64,000 nt of DNA, from the NCBI GenBank assembly GCA_951406725.2, contig OX597830.1, positions 22,568,001-22,632,000 on the forward strand, written 5' to 3'. Under the pieces are notes generated by a model. The model did not search any database. It worked only from the letters and a program-made list of their open reading frames with translations, and had not been told where the DNA came from. Of the stretch, positions 36,390 to 51,528 are shown in pieces (position 1 is the first letter of the stretch; each line of letters opens with the position of its first letter). The DNA comes from Octopus vulgaris. Taxonomy: Eukaryota. The position numbers and the translations under genes are program-made.

Positions 36390-37805
36390 TGAGAAATAAA
36401 ACTATGTGTCTTAGATAAACCTATTGACATAGCTAAAACATCTCACTCCTCCCAGAGTTGTTAGCATTACCTAAATATAAAAAGTGGCGAGCTGGCAGAA
36501 ACGTTAGAGCATCAGAAAGAAAATGCTTTGTGGTATTTGTTTTGGCCTTTTACGTCCTGAGTTCAAATCTCATTGAGATCAACTTTGTCTTTCATTCTTT
36601 CAGGGCTGATAAAAAAACCCAAAAAACTATCAACCAAGAACTGGGGTCAATAGTATCAAATAATCCCCTCCCTTCAAAATTGTCAGTCTTGTATCTAAAC
36701 TGGAAACCCTTCATACCTAATCACAAAAAAGATGGTGCAAGCTGGCAGAGTTGTTGCGTTGCATAAAATGATTAGAAGCATTTCCTTTGGCTCTCTAAGT
36801 TAACTTTGCCTTTCATCCCTTTGGGGACAATATAACAAAGCACCAATCATGTAATGAGGTATATGGAATTGCCTAGGCACTTCTCTTCAAAGTGGAGGCA
36901 CATGGCTTAATGGTTAAGGTGTTGGGCTTACGATCATAAGATTGTGGTTTCGATTCCTGCACTGAGAGATGTGTTGCATTCTTGAGCGAAAGTCTCCATT
37001 CCATGTTGCTCCAGTCCACTCAGAAATGCATAATCTTGCGATGGACTGTTGTCCTGTTCAGGGAGGAATATGTACACCCGGGAAACCAGTTCTATGCTTC
37101 TTACGGTGTAATGTGAAGTAAATTTCCCTTCAAAATTGCTGGTCGTATGCCTCAATCAAAAGCCATTACTTACAGGCACAATAAATACTACATTGTTGTT
37201 TTAGTTGCCTTTCATGTTTTTAAAGCTGTTACCTTATCATGATCATTGACTAAGTTATAGCCACGCAAGCGTGCCTTCCTTTGACTTTGTTCTCCAATAA
37301 TTTTCAGAAAAATGGATATTTTCTTTATGAAATTGTCTACAAATATTTTCCAGATGATGTAGATTACAAATATATTAGAATTTAATGTGATAAACAAAAA
37401 TATATATTAGTGTGTGTGTGCATACATATGTACTGACACACATCACAGCTTTTTTTTTTTTTTTAATTTCAAGTTTCATTTTGTAGATATACATGTGTGA
37501 TGTGAGTCAGTATCTATGTCTGCCTGCACTCATTAATCTTTCGTTTTTTTTTTATTTTTTGCATTTGGCACATTAAATTCTGATATTATCACAAAGCAAA
37601 CCATCTGAAAAGTACTTGTAGAAAAATTCGTTAACCCTCCCCCACCCTGACTATTTTTCAGATACTTATGAGGAAACAAAGTCAGGGTTGGGGCACACAA
37701 CATCCCATTCTTGCAGCACTTCCACCTTAATTACATGAAACTAATATAAAAATAAATACATTTACGATGTATGAATGATATTGTAATTTAAATGTTGATT
37801 GTCGT

Positions 37806-38170
37806 TTATAACCTCTGTCTTAGTGAAGGAGGAGGTTTGGTTTTCAGTCGTGTTTGTTTGTTTGTCCATGGACAAAATATCTCAAGAACTGCTGGATGGA
37901 TTCGGATGAAACTCTCAGGGATGTTTGGCCTTGTGGCTGGCATGAACTGATTAGATTTTGGGATCGATCCGCTACCGGAAAAAGATTCTGGTTTATTTTT
38001 CTGGTTCTTTTTACTTAATTTTTGAGAGCAGTTGGGTTCATTTTTAGTATTCTCATTTGTGAGAGCAGTTGAGTTTATTTCAGATATTCTCATTTTAAAA
38101 ATCAGCTCTGGCTAATCGTTGAGAGAACGTTAGTGTTACACTGGTGGAGGTTTGCGCTGTCTGAGTGCTC
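37806..38170 (+). mobile_element. HINE/Helentron-like non-autonomous element (inverted copy at about 50320-50676)
   Basis: 5' hairpin ACCTCTGTCTTAGTGAAGGAGGAGGT, internal (GTTT)n, subterminal GGTGGAGGT and 3' palindrome GCGCTGTCTGAGTGC. A reverse-complement copy lies at 50320-50676. Confidence 0.65.
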
Positions 38171-39361
38171 TTGCTTTAATTTGCTTCTATTGACGGTTAC
38201 AATTAGTGATATACAGCAATGCTGATTTACTCTTTTACTTGTTTCAGTCATTTGACTGCAGCCATGCTGGAGCACTGCCTTTAGTCGAGCAAATCACCAC
38301 CAGGACTTATTCTTTGGAAGCCTAGTACTTCTATTGGTCTCTTTTGCCGAACTGCTAAGTTACAGTGACGTAAACACACCACCATTGGTTGTCAAGCGAT
38401 GTTAGGGGACAAACACAGACACACAAACATATACACACACATACATATATACGACGGGCTTCTTTCAGTTTCTGTCTACCAAATCCACTCGCAAGGCTTT
38501 GGTCAGCCCGAGGATATAGTAGAAGACACTTGCCCAAGGTGCCATGCTGTGGGAATGAACCCGGAACCATGTGGTTGGTAAGCAAGCTACTTACCACTCC
38601 TGCGCCTTTATTTTTGCTTGTGTCATTGGATTGTGGCCATGCTAGAGCACCACCTTGAAGGGTTTTAGAGGAACAAATCAACTCCAGTACATATTTTAAG
38701 AAGTTTGGTACTTATTATATTGATCTCTCTTGCCGAATGGCTAGGCTACAAGGATGTAAATAAACCAACGGTAGTTGTCAAACAGTGTGTAGGTGGAAAC
38801 AAAGACATCCACACACACGCATGCACACTCCTCTGGTTCCCACACAGTTTCCGTCTACCAAATTCGGGTCCAGGGCTATAGTAAAAGACACTTGCCCAAA
38901 GTGCCACCTGGTGGGATTGAACCCAAATTGACATAGTTGCAAAGTGAGCTTCTTTACTACATACCCATGCCTGCGAGAAAAAAAAAAAGGAAAAAAAAAA
39001 GGACCCCGTGTCTTTTGGTGCAGGAATAGTCCCTGGTGAGGGAGGCACCATGAGTTCACGCACTGAGTGACACCAATATAAGCGAGTCAGTGAGGGAGCT
39101 GCTTCAATGTGGTCACTTCGCCTGCTAAAAATAGTAACCAAATCTCCCTCAAATTACATTCCACTGGCTTTTTTTTTTTAAAAAAAGGACATGCTGGATA
39201 ATATGATACTGGATTCCCTGCACAGAGGAGAATGACTGGGTGGTCACGGTTGAACAGCCTTCAATCACAGGTTTGCTACGGAATGAACAATAAATCCACT
39301 CTAGGTGTGTACGTATATGCATATGTATATATTTATGTGTGTATCTATATATGTGTGTATG

Positions 39362-39403
<42 letters not shown>

Positions 39404-39597
39404 CACACGTGCATACATATATGCATATACATACACACACATATATATAGACACATTTTATACATACATATATGTGTGTGTGAGTGTGTGTGTGTGCATG
39501 TTTGTATGAAATGCACTTATGTTGAGTGCATGTGTCTTGCTTCAACAACATCTCCATTCCTTAGACAAACAAAACAATGAAGAGGAATTAATGCAAG

Positions 39598-39663
<66 letters not shown>

Positions 39664-40280
39664 TGGTGGTGGTGGTGGTGGTGGTGGTGGGTAGGATGGT
39701 GGCGACGATGCACATAATTAAACCAGCACCGAAACCATGCTAAACATGCTAGCCCAATGCCGCTTCAATGATGCACGTCACAGACAAGAGTCGGTCGGAG
39801 GTGGGCGGGTGGAATTGGGGCGGGGGGGAAGAGAGGAGAATAACGATGAAGAAGGTGTGTCAAACAACTGAATGATGGAGGCAGTTGTGATGAATATATG
39901 GGCAGAAAAAGTAAAAAAAACCAAAAAACAAAAACAAAACAAAAAACGAAACAAAAAAGGTGAATATCAATAGTTTTGCACCGAATGGTCTGTGACATAA
40001 CCACTACCTCCTTCAACGGTTGCTACAACCGTCGCCGCTGTTGTGATTATGGCCCATTATAGATCCCCCCTTAGAGCTGTTTACTTGATCTGACTTCAAC
40101 TCTGATCTCTCTCTTTCTCTCATCACATTCACTTCTACACATAAACTGTTATTGAACCACACATACACATGCGCACGCACACACCCAGAGTGTCATGAAA
40201 GAGGCTCAACATGATCATAAGATCTGCTAGGAACAGCAGCCAAATTTCCATCAAACCATGTCTTGCTATAAAAATATAGT

Positions 40281-40311
<31 letters not shown>

Positions 40312-40575
40312 GTGATGGAGGACACAGCAGATAATATAATGCTAGATATATTATCCGATATTAATAAGGGATGGTCATGACGGTAATATTCTGATCATGG
40401 ATTCTGTTTGACAAACAATTACTTGGGGCTAAAGAGCATCCACAAACATACATGCTTGTATGCACACACACACACACATACTTACATACACACAGACATA
40501 CATGCAGACACACAAAAATACCCATATACATACATACATACAACCATACATACTTGCATGCATATATATATTACA

Positions 40576-40807
40576 CTTTACTCTTTCACTTGTTTCAGTC
40601 ATTTGACTGCGGCCATGCTGGAGCACCGCCTTTAATCGAGCAACTCGACCCCAGGACTTATTCTTTGTAAGCCCAGTACTTATTCTATCGGTCACTTTTT
40701 GCCGAACCGCTAAGTAACGGGGACATAAACACACCTGCATCGGTTGTCAAGCAATGCTAGGGGGACAAACACAGACATACAACCTCACACACACACACAC
40801 ACACATA

Positions 40808-40861
<54 letters not shown>

Positions 40862-41032
40862 CATATATACGACAGGCTTCTTTCAGTTTCCGTCCACCAA
40901 ATCCACTCCCAAGGCTTTGGTCGGCCTGAGGCTATAGTAGAAGACACTTGTCCAAGGTGCTACGCAGTGGGACTGAACCCAGAACCATGTGGTTGGTAAA
41001 CAAGCTACTTACCACACAGCCACTCCTACGCC
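40576..41032 (-). mobile_element. SINE family A, full-length copy
   Basis: Reverse complement of 34202-34608 with an expanded internal microsatellite. Confidence 0.9.
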
Positions 41033-41314
41033 TATACACATGCATACGTATCCATATACATATCGCAATAAAACAAAAGGTATGTGAGGGATATAATTGA
41101 TGGCTGCAACTATATTGGAAAAACCTCGTTGCTTTTGCAGGTCATAAAAAATGCACTTAAAGCACCCACTTAAACTCGCTGTCCATGCATGCACACATTC
41201 CATTCTTTATTATGACTGTTTACACACCTCCGTCACACATGCATCTATTTACAGATACAGCCATCCAGTCAAGATATACAGCCCTCCATCTATACCCACC
41301 CAGCAATATTTCTG

Positions 41315-41371
<57 letters not shown>

Positions 41372-42211
41372 GTATGTATATGTACATAAATCTACAGAAA
41401 TATAAATACATAAATCACACATATATATATATACATAATGATTATTTTTAATTAGTAGAACTTACAAAGTGACTCAAGGGCTGAGAATTTCGTGCATGCA
41501 TAGCTGTATGAGTAAGAGGTTTGCTTCCCAACCATGAGGTCTTGATTTCAGTCCCACTGTGTGGCAACTTTCTACTATAGTCTTGGGCCAACCAAAGCCT
41601 CGTGAATGGATTTTGTAGCTAGAAACTGAAAGAAGCCCACCACATGTTCACACACACACACACATCATCATCATCGTTTAACGTCCGTTTTCTATTCTAG
41701 CATGGATTGGACGGTTCGACCAGGGTCTGGGAAGCCAGGAGGCTGCACCAGGCTCCAGTCTAATCTGGCAGTGTTTCTACAGCTGGATGCCCTTTCTAAC
41801 ACCAACCACTCCGTGAATGTAGTGGGTGCTTTTTGCGTACCACCGGCATAGGGACCAGAGGAGGCTGGCAACAGCCACAATTGGTTGGTGCTTTTTATGT
41901 GTCCCTGGCACGGACGCCAGTCAAGGCGGCGCTGGCATTGGCCACATTTGGATGGTGCTTGTTACGTGCCACCGGCATAGGTATTACAACTACAATTTCC
42001 ATTTGATTTTGATTTTGATGTTGATGTACTTTACTCAATAGGTCTCCTCAAGCACAGCATGTCACCCTACGATCCAAGGTTAGCACAGCAGGCTGTCCTG
42101 TGAGCCATAAACTCACTTCATTTATCAGGTCATCACAGTCACAGCATATCTCAGAGCTCTCGGTCTTTCGTCATTGCCTCTGTGAGGCCCAACGTGCCAC
42201 CGGCATGTATA

Positions 42212-42263
<52 letters not shown>

Positions 42264-43950
42264 TATATAAATGTGTATATATATATATATGTAAATGTAT
42301 ATATATATATAAATATACATTATTGGCTTTTGTATTTTCTAATACAGTAAACATTTTAACTTTTTAAACTTGTTCAGCAAACATAGAGAAGGAACAAGAC
42401 TGACACAGGGGTAAATCTTCTTACTAATAAAGAGATAGCAAAGTGGGGGGTAGGTGCAAAAAAATTTCACTAATATGTGCGTCTGGGTGCAGTGTAGCTG
42501 AGCTCTAATATGTGCCAGTTACAGAATTGCTGGAGCAAATTTACTATGCCATTCAGTCCTATACCTTCCCACTAATAATATAAACAGGAATGCATTTTGC
42601 ACCAAAAGCCAATATGAGAGTTTCTTTCATGGTATCTACCAGAGTGTAGTTTGTTTTAACAGAACAGCCATATTTAAGTGGGAATAAATAAAACCTTTGT
42701 GAGTGAAATTTGTAAACAAAAGCCGTAGAAATGTATGTGTGCGTTTATTAATTGTAGCCTTGTCTCTACAGCATTAGCGTTACTTTCATAATCAATCACT
42801 TGTTTCTGTAAGCTTCTCAATGATGTAGTTCTGGGTTCAGTCCCATTGCAAGACACCTTGGTGGGTAAGTGTCTTGTACTATATAGACCACAGCTAACCA
42901 AAGTGGATTTGGTAGATGAAATCTAAAAGAAGCTAGTGTGGTTAAGGAACCTGCTCTGCAACCACACAGTTTTGGGTTGCCCAAGATACTTGCCCAAGAT
43001 GCACAGCATCTTGGGCAAGTATCTTCTACTATAGCTTTGCCCAGAATAATTTGTATCCTCCTGCTGTCATTGCTTGACAACGGCTGTCGGTTTGTTTATT
43101 TACGTTTCCATAACTTAGCAGTTCAGCAAAAGAGATTGATAGAATAAGTACCAGACTTTAAAACAAAATAAGGACTGGGTTTGACTAAACCTTTCAAAGC
43201 AGTGCCCCACCATGGCCACAGTCTAATGGCTCAAGGAAAAGATAGATTTCTTTATTAAGCTATGCAGGGCCAAACACAGGGGGTACAATACAATGTAGAA
43301 TTTTTCTTTTTGAAACTGATCAATAGAGATAGAAAACGTTTTGGGATATGTACACAAAGGATAACAAACAAGGAAAAGATAAAAATAAGTGTGTGTGTGA
43401 ATGCATGGATGTATGTAGGTGTGCATATATGTGCACAGAGGTGTATGTGTATGCATGTGTGAGTCTTTGTGTCTCCTTGTCTTGATATCACACACTATAT
43501 ACATATACTAATATAATTAGCAGTGTGTCTCTATCGCTATGTTTCTCAATTCCCATGGCATGCACATCAAAGGCAATTAGCCGCTATGGTACTTTCAGCA
43601 TGTTTGAATTCTTAGAGATACCAATGTTCTGGAAATGCTAAATGAGAGAGATCAGTTAGCTGAGATATGTTACGTAATCTTTGTGTTTCATGGAAACACT
43701 AACAAACCATTTCTATAATTGCATATTGAGTAGGAATGTAAGTAAGTTAAACTGCGCAATGTATATAAGAACAGAACGGCTGCTTGTTTCTCTGGGATTG
43801 GTTTGAGTGGTGCAGCTTCCTTTGATGAGGCCCCAATATCGATCGAAAATTGATTAAGACTGTTCATCATTTTTATAAAAATTTCCAGAAAAATAGGTAA
43901 ATACTCATATAACAAACTAATATAAACACACATACATGCATCTCTACAGC

Positions 43951-44361
43951 GGATCTTTTCGGTTTGAACGGCAGTTTTTAACATAATTTCTAGGTAACTA
44001 AAAAATTTAAAACTTCGTATACTGGTAGAATGTGTTTATAAAACATCTTTTTCTCTTGGCTTTATTGAGAAAATTCTATAGTTTGTAAGATAATTGCTGT
44101 TTTTTTTTTTCAATTTCTGCAATTTCAACCAACCGATGACGTCCATTGAGTTAAAAAGCATTCTGTGTTGTATGAATATGTCCCCCGTTTAAGAAACAGA
44201 TTGGGTTTATTTACATTTGTGAAGAAAAATAGATACCCTGCCCCCCACCCCTAACCCTAAGACAGATTGAAATGCAATAGATCGATACTAGGGTCATAAT
44301 TATGGGAGACAATTTCATATGACACCGCTAGAAAAAACTGCCATTCAAACCGAAAAGATCC
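43951..44361. mobile_element. Non-autonomous TIR element, 7-bp TSD
   Basis: TIR GGATCTTTTCGGTTTGAA(C/T)GGCAGTTTTT, TSD CTACAGC (43944-43950, 44362-44368), and internal CCCTAACCCTAA. Confidence 0.85.
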
Positions 44362-44633
44362 CTACAGCTTCCATTTACACCAAATTTCACTCACAAAGTT
44401 ACGGCAGAAGACACTAGCCTGAAGTTTGTATGCCTGCATGTAGGTTTACGTATATATTGTATCATAGCTTGAAATAACAGGGGAATGGAAGATATTAAAG
44501 AAACTGAGTATAACTGAATATTGAATAGAAATCTAAATAAGTTTAACTGTGCGATGTGTATATGAACAGAATGGCTTCTCCTTTCGCTGGAATTGGTTGA
44601 GTGATGCAGCTGACTTTGACGAGGCCCCAGTAT

Positions 44634-45441
44634 GGGATCTAGGACAATTCACTATAAGACATTTCATCATAGGCCAATTGGCCATAGGACTATTCACTGT
44701 AAGACAATTCACCATGAGTGGCTGTGTGGTAAGTAGCTTGTTTACCAACCACATTGTCCCGGGTTCAGTCCCACAGCGTGGCACCTTGGGCAAGTGTCTT
44801 CTACTATAGCCTCGGGCCGACCAAAGCCTTGTGAGTGGATTTGGTAGATGGAAACTGAAAGAAGCCCGTCATATATATGTATATATATATATGTGTTTGT
44901 GTGTCTGTGTTTGTCCCCCTAGCATTGCATGGCAACCGATGCTGGTGTGTTATGTCCCCGTTACCTAGCGGTTCGGCAAAAGAGACCGATAGAATAAGTA
45001 CTGGGCTTACAAAAGAATAAGTCCCGGGGTCGAGTTGCATGGCCGCAGTCAAATGACTGAAACAAGTAAAAGAGTATGGATATTTTGCCATAAGGACATT
45101 TTGTAGTAAAGCATAAGAAGAGAAAGATAAAAAAAAAATAATAATGAAGGTCAAACACTTTATTTAAAAAGCTAAGCTAAAAAACTAAAAAGTTAAAAAT
45201 CATGTAAGCTCATTGCAATTGCATGCAAATAATTAACGATGCAGTTTCAAATTTAAACGACCTTTCTGTTTTTAAATTATCTTATCAGCAATTACTGAAA
45301 AGGACTGCAGTTAATACTATTCCTTTATCTACCTTATTTAATTAACGATGCAATTTCAAGTTTCTAAGCTTTACAGGAAAATGTCCTTGCAGCGAAATAT
45401 CCATATGGTGAATTTGTTTACAGCAAATTGCCTGGTCACCC
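44634..45441. mobile_element. Foldback/MULE-like element with 15-bp subterminal repeats, interrupted by a SINE
   Basis: TSD CCAGTAT on both sides. Tandem units of about 15 bp resembling GGACAATTCACTATA at the left end, with inverted degenerate units at the right end. SINE at about 44716-45075. Confidence 0.6.
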
Positions 45442-45700
45442 CCAGTATGAACTGAAAATTAAGACTGTTCACCATTTTCTACAATTTCCAATTTCCAGAA
45501 AAAAATAGGTAAATACTAGTGTAAACACTCAGACATGCACACACATGCATGCATCTCTTTCTGCTCATACAAACCACTTTAGTAATTTTAAAGTGATTTC
45601 TTTTGTGTTGTAGACCATTTATCATTTCTGTGGTGGTGCACTAAGCAAATGTTTATTTCATTTAATGGTTAATCCAGAGCTGTTCACAAATATGGTTTAG

Positions 45701-45923
45701 CCCTTTTGTTACCATATTTCTGTTGAGATACTCTGTGTTTCTTTCAATTAATTTCAAATATAACAAAAAATTAGTAAAAATAATTTAGTTTATCATTAAG
45801 CTAGTGTTAGGAACATAAATTGTGACTAAGGTTTGGTGGAAGATTTTAATTCAGAACTTTTGAAAACAAGACATTTGTACTACAGAACCAGAGGCGGTTT
45901 CAGGTGGGTTGGTATCAAAAGGG
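45701..45923. mobile_element. piggyBac-like MITE
   Basis: TTAG|CCCTTTTGTTACC ... GGTATCAAAAGGG|TTAA; same family as 47299-47521. Confidence 0.8.
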
Positions 45924-46834
45924 TTAATATATGCTTTTCTATGTCTGGATGGATTTCAGATGGCATTTCTTGAGGCAGATTGTCTTCATCCAGGTACCTT
46001 TTCTGTTGTCAACCCTCTCTGCTCCCAAGCAATAGTAATATTTCCTAGGCATATTTTCAAAGAGTAATAAAGAAGCTTGCTTCCCAACCACATGGTTCCA
46101 GGTTCAGCCCCACTGTATGGCACCTTGGGCAAGTGTCTTCTGCTATATACCCTCAAGCCAAACAAAGCTTTGTGAGTAGATTTCGTAGATAGAAACGGAG
46201 AAAAGCCTGTCATAAATACACACACACACACACATGTGTATGTGTGTGTGTCTTTGTGTTTGTTTGTTCCCCCACCAATGCTTGACAACCGGTGTTGGTG
46301 TATTTATGTCCCTGTAAATTAGCGGTTCAGCAAAATGGAATGATAGAGTATGAACCAGGCTTAAAAGAAAAATGAAAAAAACACCAGGGTCAATTCATTC
46401 GACTAAAAATTATTCAAGGCAGTACCCCAGCATGGTCGCAGTCAAATGACCGAAACAAGCAAAAGACAAAAAAAAAATAAAAGATTTATTTACAACAACC
46501 ACACATTATCAACACACACACAAGATGGGCTTCTTTCAGTTTCTGTCTATCAAAATCCACTAACAAGACCTTGATCAGCCTGGGGCTATAGTAGAAAACA
46601 CTTTCTCAATGTGCAGTGCAGTAGGATTGAACCTGGAACCATGTGTTTGGGAAGCAAACATGACACATTTATGCAAATGTATGTTTTGTGTATTTAGAGA
46701 TTTGCTATTTATGTATGTGTGAACATGTTTGCTGATGTTGCATTATTCAGGTGCAGGGGGGGGGGGGGGGCTGTGTCTGTATGAATGTGAAGAGAGTGAT
46801 GGGGGGAGAGAATGTACAGGAAAAAGAGCATGTG

Positions 46835-46872
<38 letters not shown>

Positions 46873-47298
46873 TAACCTGGCAGGTCTTTTAGTCATTTGG
46901 CATGTGACCTTGGGCAGTGTCAGTAGTCAGGTGGTTGTCATCTGGTATTGGATGGCTGCCATGTGACTCACATGCTCACCTCTAGAAACACACACACACA
47001 CACACCTACAGAGACATACTTACATACAAACATTAAGCGATATATATATATATATACATATCAACAGAGATATCAACATGCATATATTTGTGTGTGCGCA
47101 CGTGGTGCACACATACACACACACACACAGAGGCAAGCATCTCTTATACAAACACACCAGATATGCACATCCAGACACACATCTACCAACACACACCCAG
47201 ACACTCAGTTTGGTTACGACGATCCGATCAACGGAACAGCCTGCTTGTGAAATTAAAGTGCCAGTGGCTGAGTACTCCACAAACATTTTTACCCTTAA

Positions 47299-47521
47299 CC
47301 CTTTCGTTACCAACCCAGCTGAAACCAGCTCTGGCTCTCAGTACAAAAAATGCCTTGTTTTCATAAGTTTTGAATTAAAATCTTCCACCAAACCTTAGTC
47401 ACAATTTATGTTCCTAACACTAGCTTAATGATAATTAAGTTATTTTATTAAATTCTTTGTTATATTTAAAGTAATTGAAAGAAACACAGAGCATCTCAAA
47501 ATAAATACAGTAATGAAAGGG
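47299..47521. mobile_element. piggyBac-like MITE (second copy in opposite orientation at 45701-45923)
   Basis: TTAA|CCCTTTCGTTAC ... GTAATGAAAGGG|TTAA. The body is the reverse complement of 45701-45923. It interrupts a SINE tail. Confidence 0.85.
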
Positions 47522-49608
47522 TTAATGCAGTGCTGAGGGATATTCAACATGAAACAGAATGCGACAACACTGGCCCTTTGAAATACAGTCAATGTCCAAT
47601 TTTTGCCAGCTGAGTGGACTGAAGCAACAGGAAATAAAGTGTCTTGCTCAAGGACACAATGAGCTGAGAATTGAACTCGCAACCTTACAATTGTGAACTG
47701 AATACCCTAACCACTAAGCCTTCATACCTACAGGTTTAATCTACATCCATACATGCACAGAAGGTGCATGGCTCAGTGGTTAGAGCTTACGATTGCGAGG
47801 TTGTGAGTTTGATTCCCAGACCAGGTTGTGTGTTGTGTTCTTGAGCAAGACACATTATTTCACGTCACTCCAGCTCATTGACCTGTAGAAATGAGTCGCT
47901 ATGTCACTGGTACCAAGCTGTATCGGCCCCTTTGTCTTTACGTTGGATAACATTGGTTATCAAAACATGCATGGCACCTTGGGTAAGTGTCTTCTACTAT
48001 AGCCTCGGGCTGACCAAAGCCTTGTGAGTGGATTTGGTAGACGGAAACTGAAAGAAGCCCATTGTATATATGTATATATATATGTGTGTGTGTGTATATG
48101 TTTGTGTGTCTGTGTTTGTCCTCCCAACATCACTTGACAACCGATGCTGGTGTGTTTACGTCCCCGTAGCTTAGCGGTTCGGCAAAAGACACTGATAGAG
48201 TAAGTACTAGGCTTACAAAGAAATAAGTCTTGGGGTCGATTTGCTCGACTAAAGGCGGTGCTCCAGCATGGCCACAGTCAAATGACTGAAACAAGTAAAA
48301 GAGTAATAAAAGAGTAATTACAACTCACAGAACAATCTGAATGCTAAAGGGTCAAGAGGCCGTATATTGACCATTAAATCTCTCTTCATCCTACAACGTA
48401 AACACATCATCAAGACAAAGCTTAAGAGGTTAGTCTGATGTTAACAATGGTCTGAGCTATTGTCAGCTGTAATCTTTCACAGAGACTCTGAGGCAGAGGA
48501 TAACATCCAATGCAGACATGCTACATATTTAATCAGGTGTAAACATAGTCTATTTACCATTGTGTGTATTATCGTTGGTGATGATAATGATTACTCTTTG
48601 GTCAGCCCTGATTGAAAGAACACTTAACAAATCAATCACAACCAGCTTGTCTACTTTCGGATAATGCATAGCTTACACCACATTATTCAATGCATTCTTT
48701 CTTCTTTGAAAGATGACAGGGTGTGTTTTGTGGAGGAAATTTGGCTGTTATTTCTAGCAGGTCAAAAGTCTGCGTAGAGACTCCCCTCACCGACTTGGCA
48801 GACAATGGCTGCATAGATGGAGAGAGAAATGGATGTATGGCTTGATAAAACATCATCTGTATGGATTAATATCTGGATCGAAAGGCAGATCAGATGGATG
48901 GCTGTATGGATCAACAGGCAGCAGATAATTGCATAAATATATATACTCTCTCTTTTACTCTTTTACTTGTTTCAGTCATTTGACTGTGGCCATGCTGGAG
49001 CACCGCCTTTTAGTCAAGCAAATCGACCCCAGGACTTATTCTATGTAAGCCTGGTACTTATTCTATTGGTCTCTTTTGCCAAACCGCTAAGTTATGGGGA
49101 TGTAAACACACCAGCATCAGTTGTCAAGCAATATTGGGGGGACAAACAGACACACAAACATATGCAAACGTTAGCATGCCTGGTGAAATGCTTAGCGGTA
49201 TTTCGTCAGCTGCCACATTCTGAGTTCAAATTCCGCTGAGCTCGACTTTGCTTTTCATCCTTCCGGGGTTGATTAAATAAGTACCAGTTATGCACATGGG
49301 TCGATATAATCGACTTAATCTGTTTGTCTGTCCTTGTTTGTCCCCTCTGTGTGTGGCCCCTTGTGGGCAGTAAAAAATAAGAAACAGAGTGGAGGCTCAT
49401 CATCATCATCGTCATCTAACATACATTTTTCACGTTCGCAAGGGTTAGATGGCTTGACAGGAGCTGGTAAGGCCAGGGGCCACACCAAATTCCATAATCT
49501 GTTTTGGCTTACTTTCTACAGCTAGATGCCCTTCCTAATGCCAACCACTTTATAGAATGTACTGGGTGCTTTTTACATGGCACCAGCACCAGTCTGTATA
49601 AATATATC

Positions 49609-50124
49609 CCGTAAATCCTCGAGTATAGTCTGCCCTTGAGTATAATACACAGGAGATTTTTAGGGGGCTGTACCTCTGAAAAACCTAAACTTTATGTATA
49701 ATACGCACCTCTTCTCTAACTTGAGTCGTGCGTAATTAAGCCAGCAGCACCTAGTTGAACAAACACTTCCGCGCATGCGTAATACAACAATGGTGATGTT
49801 CTTAACTGTTATATGGGAATGTAAATATGTTTGCAAATTGTTTTTGTTACATGTTATTCTGTGTTCTGAATACTTTTATTTTAATAAATGTTGCTTACTG
49901 CAAGTTGTGGATGATTCTCTAATGACTTCATTGCATTCAGGCTTAGCTTAGGGTATTTTCGCACCCGACATCACAAAATGCGTCTGAATAAACATAGCCA
50001 GACAGCAAATAGAGACTCGGACATTGCTTAGAAGATATTTTTTCATTTTTAACCTCGTAAGCACTAGGGATTTTGACCTTTAAATTTTGGAGAAAAAATG
50101 CGGATTATACTCGAGGATTTACGG
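49609..50124. mobile_element. Tc2/pogo-like MITE, copy 2
   Basis: CCGTAAATCCTCGAGTATA ... TATACTCGAGGATTTACGG|TA; same family as 23245-23754. Confidence 0.8.
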
Positions 50125-50319
50125 TATATGTGTCTGTATGTATTTGTCCCCCACCACCACTTGATAACCAGTGCTGGTATGTTTATGTCCCTGTGATTTA
50201 GCAGTTAGGCAAATGAGACAGGTGGAGTAAGTACCAGGCTTAAAAATAATGGGATCTATAACCCTTCGAAGCAGTGCCCCAGCATGGCCACAGCCTAATG
50301 ACTGAAACAAGTAAAACAA

Positions 50320-50676
50320 GAGCACTCAGAGAGTGCAAACCTCCACCAAAGCAACACCAATGTCCTCTTAATGATTAGACGGAGATGATTTTTAAAATGA
50401 GAATATCTGGAATAAACTCGACAGCTCTCACAAACAAGAATACTAAAATGAACCTGACCACTCTAAAAAATTAAGTAAAAGAACCAGAAAAATAATTCAG
50501 AACCCTTGTCTGTTACTGGATTGATCCCAAAATCTAATCAGTTCATGCCAATCATGAGGCTAAACATCCCTGAAAGTTTCATCTGAATCCATCCTGCAGT
50601 TCTTGAGATATCTTGTCCATGGACAAACAAACACAACTGAAAACAATACCTCTACCTTTGCTGAGGCAGAAGTAAC
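50320..50676 (-). mobile_element. HINE/Helentron-like element, second copy
   Basis: Reverse complement of 37806-38170 (GAGCACTCAGAGAGTGCAAACCTCC ... GAGGCAGAAGTAA). Confidence 0.65.
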
Positions 50677-50753
50677 AAAAAAAAAATGGGGAGTATGAGT
50701 TTGGCTGAACCATGTTCATTCAGCTCCTGGTTGTGAGGTGAAGTGATAGATGT

Positions 50754-51528
50754 CGGTGCCAGTGTAGTATGTGATCTACATACATGTTTCTGGTATATCT
50801 TGTGATCTACATTAGTTCAAATGGGATAGTTTGTGATACATTTAAAATTCATCTATTTACTCAACTCTTGGTTGGTTTGGTATATAAGCCAAAAGATCTT
50901 TTATGATTTAAACACTTTTAACCCTGAGCCCGTTGAAAGAAGTTGTGATGAGAGCAAAAGAATTTTACACACAGGTTATTCGAGACGAAGAAGCTGCAAT
51001 AGAATTTCTCAGACGCTATGAACTCCTTGAAGAACATGGAGATATTGATCCACGCAGCAAATGTGGAGGAGAAATGACGGAAAAACAAAGAAAAATAAGA
51101 GGTGAATCCCATCCTGTTTTTTTCGCTGCACAGAGAGGGGATGCCAACCACCAGCAAAGCTATGTTAATCGTCAAGATGGAACACATACAAAGAACATTA
51201 AGCAGTTGTGGCAAGAAGTTAAAATTCATCTTCTCAAAAAAAAACAAAAAAAACCGAGATGTTCCATTGCAAATATTTCAATCTCATTTAGATTCCATTT
51301 GTTGGAAGATTTTAAGATAAAATGAGCAAAATCTTTTTATTACATTTTTTAATAATATCCATGCTGTATACAAACAATCTCACAGTTATTCATGTTTCTA
51401 GTATGAAATAAAAATCAATAAAAATTTTTCTTTTTCTTTTATTTTTTTAAAAATGTTTAACTCACTCCTCTAATTATAATTGCAAATTTTTAACAATGGC
51501 ATGTAGATTACATACTGCACCGGCACCG
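50754..51528 (+). mobile_element. Internally deleted Merlin (IS1016/ISXO2-like) DNA transposon
   Basis: Imperfect TIRs of about 28 bp (CGGTGCCAGTGTAGTATGTGATCTACAT / ATGTAGATTACATACTGCACCGGCACCG) and an 8-bp TSD ATAGATGT at 50746-50753 and 51529-51536. The internal ORF carries Merlin motifs. Confidence 0.88.
50933..51325 (+). pseudogene. Merlin transposase remnant (N-terminus fused to C-terminal block)
   Basis: N-terminal EEAAIEFLRRYELL...KCGGEM is joined directly to NHQQSYVNRQDGTHTKNIKQLWQEVK (consensus NHxxxFVxPxxGxHTxxIExxWxxxK). The central DDE region is missing and the catalytic E appears as K. Confidence 0.8.
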